A stretch of DNA of 62,642 bases, counting the filler, from Actinomycetota bacterium (GTDB lineage Bacteria > Actinomycetota > Acidimicrobiia > IMCC26256 > VFJJ01), in assembly GCA_009886115.1 (NCBI GenBank). It is 3 parts of 3 records of this genome, joined end to end, with 100 filler letters (N's around TTAATTAATTAA, not from the genome) between each part and the next. Parts side by side here need not be neighbours in the genome. Positions count along the whole stretch, not along the records: positions 59,013 to 62,642 come from VFJJ01000047.1; 2 more parts are not named here. One strand, given 5' to 3'. The notes under the pieces were generated by a model. That model was not told the DNA's origin, did no database searches, and worked only from the letters and a program-made list of their open reading frames with translations. A program made the translations under genes and the position numbers. How positions within the stretch are numbered: the stretch's first letter is position 1; each line of letters begins with the position of its first letter. Shown here in pieces: positions 59,120-62,642 of this stretch.

Positions 59120-60747
59120 GTCTCGATGGGGCGATCGTGGTTGCGCACAACGCGAGCTTCGAGGAACGGTTCCTCAGAGCGGAGCTCGATCAACTCGGCA
59201 TCGGGCCGCAGCCGATACCTGCGCTGTGCACGTTGGAGATGGCACGGAACCTTCTTCCCTGTCCCAACCATCGACTCCAAACCTGCTGCGACTCCCTCGG
59301 CGTCGCGCTGACCGACGCCCACTCCGCGCTCGGCGACGCCCGAGCCACAGCCAGAATGCTGCCAGCGCTCATCCGACGGACCGAACGTCGAGCGATCACG
59401 TTCGGCTGCCCGACCCCGACCATGCCCCGCTACCAGGTACTCGCCCGACCCCGAACCCGAGCATCCGGGATGCGCAAGGGAGACCAGGGCTGGATCGCGT
59501 CGATGCTCACCAAGCTCCCCATCACCACGACCCCGGCCGATCCACTCGATGCCGAAACCTACCTCGACGCGCTCGCCGAGGCGCTCTCCGATGGGAAGCT
59601 CACCGGCGAGGAAGCGCGAACCCTCGCTCAAATCGCCGGACGCGGCGGTCTGGGCGCCACCGAGGTCGCTTCGCTCCATCAGCGATTCCTCGATGGCCTC
59701 CGCGACATCGCGCTCGCCGACGACATCCTCACCGCACAAGAGCTCCGCGAGCTCCATCACGCCGCCCACCTGCTGAACGTCCCGACCTACTTCGACGACC
59801 TCACCGTCACCGCCTCCGAACCGGAGCTGACAGCCGCCGCGCCGATCGATCCCATGCCATCAGCCGTCCCGCGTCGCCCGGCAGCAGCCCGCCCCGTGTC
59901 CGAAGGGACGACGCCCGCCGGCCCAAGGGTCTGGTTCTCGCCGAGCGTCTCACCCGATCTCATCGTCGAGTTCGACACGGCAGGCGCCGTCACCGCACGC
60001 AACATCACCCGGACGCTTCGTGCTGCCATCTACGAACCCGAAGACGTCCACGATCCCAAGCTCGCCCGAGCCAAGCTCCTCGGCGTCGACCTCGTGCCCG
60101 CCGACGCCGCCCGGGCCATGCTCCGGCTCCTGAGCGCGAGCCGTACGCCAACCCGGTCGAGTGATCAGTTCCCCCAGGCCCCAGTACGACCGTCCCCGGC
60201 GCCTCTTGGCGGACGGGTGCTCGCACGAGGTGAACGGATGGGCCTGGGCGCATCCCGCGGGGCGACCACGATCGAGGTCAGAGCCCATCTCGCCGGGAGC
60301 TCCGAGATCGACATGTGCGCCTTCGGTGTCGACGGCGATCGCACGCTCACCGAAGAGCGCTACTTCATCTTCTACAACCAACCGACATCACCGCAGGACG
60401 AGATACGCCTCGAGATCGCGGACCCTGGCACACACCGGTTCGTCGTTGATCTCGACCGGCTCCCGCTCTGGCTCGACCGAATCGTCATCGCCCTCACCGT
60501 CGACGGGCCGGACCCACTCGCCAACCTGCTCGACGCCGACCTCCACATCATCGTCGATACCGCGCATCCGACGATCACCTTCCCGTTCGCAAGCTACGAG
60601 TACACGACCGAACGAGCCGTCATCATCGCCGAGCTCTACCGCCACCCCGCCGACGTCTGGCGCATCGCCGCTGTCGCCCAAGGCTTCAGCGGTGGCCTCG
60701 CCGCTCTCATCACCACCTTCGGCGGAACGGTTGCCGACGGCCGATGA
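59120..60747 (+). CDS. DEDDh 3'-5' exonuclease (ExoII/III only) - TerB-like - BRCT-like - TerD fusion, 5' end missing
   Basis: VVAHNASFE, AHSALGDARAT; ALSDGKLTGEE and ALADDILTAQE; NITRT..KLARAKLLGV; FIFYNQP, ERAVIIAELYR, AVAQGFSGGL. Confidence 0.8.
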
Positions 60748-60851
60748 CAGCGACCCCGAGGGACTGACCTGACCCCGACGCGAACCGTACCGTGGAGGTA
60801 CGTTCTCGCAAGGAGGATCCGAGAGACTCCGATTCATCTTCGAGCATTACA

Positions 60852-60877
60852 TTCTCTCGAATCGGGAGAACTATCCT
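60852..60877 (+). promoter_or_regulatory. Palindromic operator plus -10 element
   Basis: TTCTCTCGA-A-TCGGGAGAA (8/9) followed by TATCCT 7 nt before GTG 60885. Confidence 0.55.
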
Positions 60878-60884
60878 CTCGTTT

Positions 60885-61472
60885 GTGATGGCGCGAGAAC
60901 GGCTCGATGATGCTCTGGCGACGCTTGGCGCGCTCTTGGAGGAGCGCGGCGAGCGAGCCGGCGTGCTCGTCATCGGAGGTGCGAGCCTGCTCCTGCTCGG
61001 CGTGATCGAGCGGCCGACCGCCGACATCGATGTCGTCGGCTACCCGTCATCCGATGGATACACCAAGGCTGAGCAGCTTCCCGACTTCCTGGCGACAGCG
61101 GTGCGGGATGTCGGCGACGCACTCGGCCTTGGTCCCACATGGTTCAACAGCGGGCCTGCTGGCCTCGTCGACTTCGGGCTGCCGCCAGGGCTGGCAGGCC
61201 GGGTGACGATCCGCACCTACGGAACGCTCGACGTGCACCTACCAGCCCACGAGGACCTGGTCTCGTTCAAGCTGTACGCCGCGGTGGATCAAGGCGAACG
61301 AAGCAAGCACTTCGCCGACCTGCGAGCGCTCGCACCAACCAGGGAGCAACTGCTCACAGCCGCACGCTGGACACGGACGCACGATCCATCGCCCGGGTTC
61401 CTCGGCGAACTACGGCACATCCTCGCGCTGATCGATGTGGAGGCATCCGATGCCGACCTCTCGATCCCGTAA
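60885..61472 (+). CDS. AbiEii/DUF6036-like nucleotidyltransferase
   Basis: VIGGASL..RPTADIDV (pol-beta NTase), WFNSGP, KLYAAVD..KHFADL. Confidence 0.8.
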   Translation: MMARERLDDALATLGALLEERGERAGVLVIGGASLLLLGVIERPTADIDVVGYPSSDGYTKAEQLPDFLATAVRDVGDALGLGPTWFNSGPAGLVDFGLPPGLAGRVTIRTYGTLDVHLPAHEDLVSFKLYAAVDQGERSKHFADLRALAPTREQLLTAARWTRTHDPSPGFLGELRHILALIDVEASDADLSIP

Positions 61473-62421
61473 GCCAGCAGCGACCCTCACCCAGCAGGCA
61501 CTCGCGCTGGCGGCCGGAGCCTGGGCCGAGCTCGGCGTGTCAGGCTGGACCACAACGCATGGCGACTGGGCCATCGACCCCGAGCCGCTCATGCTCTTCA
61601 CAGCCTGGCTCGGCGACCGGGACCCTCGCCTCAGGGACGAAGCCACCGACTGGTGTACACAGAACTGGCGTCTTGTGTCGCGAACCCGCCTCAAGAACCT
61701 GCTCCGTGTTCAACCGGCGGACGTCCACGATGCCTGGGGGGAATTCGCCGCCACGATCGAACAGCACGCCGCCGTCAACTGGCCGGGAGCGACGACCCCA
61801 CGCCGATACACCGTCACCGGACGCTCGACCATGCCACCTCTCGCACGACCATCGTTGATCTGGATCCGCCTCCGAGCGATGTTCGGGGTCGGCGCGCGTT
61901 CAGAGATCCTTCGATGCCTCCTCGCCACCGAGGGTAACGGAGGCATGAGTGTCGCTCGCCTCGCCATCGCTGCCGGGTTCACCAAACGGAACGTCGCCGA
62001 CGAGTGCGACACGCTCCAACGGGCCGGGGTGCTCTCGGTACGATCGAGCGGCAACCGGTTCTCGTACTCCCTTGCCCGTCGAACCGAACTCGAGGCCTTC
62101 GTCGGCGAGCTTCCCGCCATTCGCCCAAGCTGGTCAGCGATGCTGACCGTCGCACGCGAGCTGGTGACGCTCGAAGAGGCCGCAACGAACCTCTCGTCCC
62201 GAACACTCCCCGTGCGGGTTCGCAAGACCCTGCGACTCATCGACGACGACCTCGCCGAGCTCGACATCGATCGATCCTTCGACAACATCCCAGGGCCCGA
62301 CCTCTGGGGAGTCGTCCATGACCTCGCCATGGTGAACCTCGGCGAATGGTCGCTCGGCACGTGGCCCAGTCAGAACGTCAGCACGAAGCCTGCGCGTCGC
62401 CTACGGCCCGGGCTCAAGTAG
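61450..62421 (+). CDS. Uncharacterised protein with central winged HTH (candidate antitoxin/regulator)
   Basis: 23-bp overlap with NTase gene; GARSEIL..SVARLAIAAGFTKRNVADECDTLQRAGVL..GNRFSY. Confidence 0.7.
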   Translation: MPTSRSRKPAATLTQQALALAAGAWAELGVSGWTTTHGDWAIDPEPLMLFTAWLGDRDPRLRDEATDWCTQNWRLVSRTRLKNLLRVQPADVHDAWGEFAATIEQHAAVNWPGATTPRRYTVTGRSTMPPLARPSLIWIRLRAMFGVGARSEILRCLLATEGNGGMSVARLAIAAGFTKRNVADECDTLQRAGVLSVRSSGNRFSYSLARRTELEAFVGELPAIRPSWSAMLTVARELVTLEEAATNLSSRTLPVRVRKTLRLIDDDLAELDIDRSFDNIPGPDLWGVVHDLAMVNLGEWSLGTWPSQNVSTKPARRLRPGLK

Positions 62422-62547
62422 CAAGAGTCAACATCACTCGTGGACTACTCGCCCGTCCCGACCCATCCGGGTTGCACGATGGTTGCCGTCGACTCGATCA
62501 GGCTTCAGGGCTTCACGGCCGCCGGACACAAACGACCAGCTCATTCG

Positions 62548-62634
62548 TGGTGCGCGAGGGGGGACTTGAACCCCCACGTCCTTGCGGACACAGGAACCTG
62601 AATCCTGCGCGTCTGCCTATTCCGCCACTCGCGC
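62548..62634 (-). tRNA. tRNA-Leu(CAG) with encoded CCA
   Basis: GCGCGAG/CTCGCGC acceptor stem, CAGGA-TT CAG GT-TCCTG, long variable arm, ACCA end. Confidence 0.96.
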
Positions 62635-62642
62635 GTGCAGAG

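Noticed and set aside
58701..60747. Exonuclease fusion as a cas-associated gene of the CRISPR array
   Set aside because: Separated by an artificial linker; no cas motifs; linkage unsupported.

Overview
High-GC actinobacterial DNA; gene content (mycofactocin-type SDRs, F420-type LLM, MeaA, single clpP) is compatible with Acidimicrobiia (inference). It is three contigs joined by artificial N-TTAATTAATTAA-N linkers (27842-27941, 58913-59012), so adjacency across linkers means nothing. Contig 1 (1-27841): fxsA, nhaA, an FrhB-like protein, tRNA-Ser x2/tadA/SRP RNA/dnaX/recR, an RDD-SpoIIM-DUF58-MoxR cluster, an acyl-CoA (ethylmalonyl/methylmalonyl-CoA) cluster, an intergenic DnaA-box-like cluster, a degenerate GGDEF protein, a cyclophilin and a truncated histidine kinase. 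Contig 2 (27942-58912): a Wadjet-II-like SMC gene lacking its usual upstream partners, a TetR + phosphohistidine-swivel pair with a clear operator, otsA, tRNA-Pro, three adjacent internally deleted genes (AAC(3), two P450s), an oxidoreductase cluster, a Phd-VapC pair, dacB, tig-clpP-clpX and the trailer end of a type I-C-like CRISPR array. Contig 3 (59013-62642): next to tRNA-Leu, a 5'-disrupted exonuclease-TerB-BRCT-TerD fusion and a nucleotidyltransferase + wHTH pair (candidate type IV TA/defence module), my best candidate for an undescribed system. All family calls are from motif recognition by eye; no database search was run.
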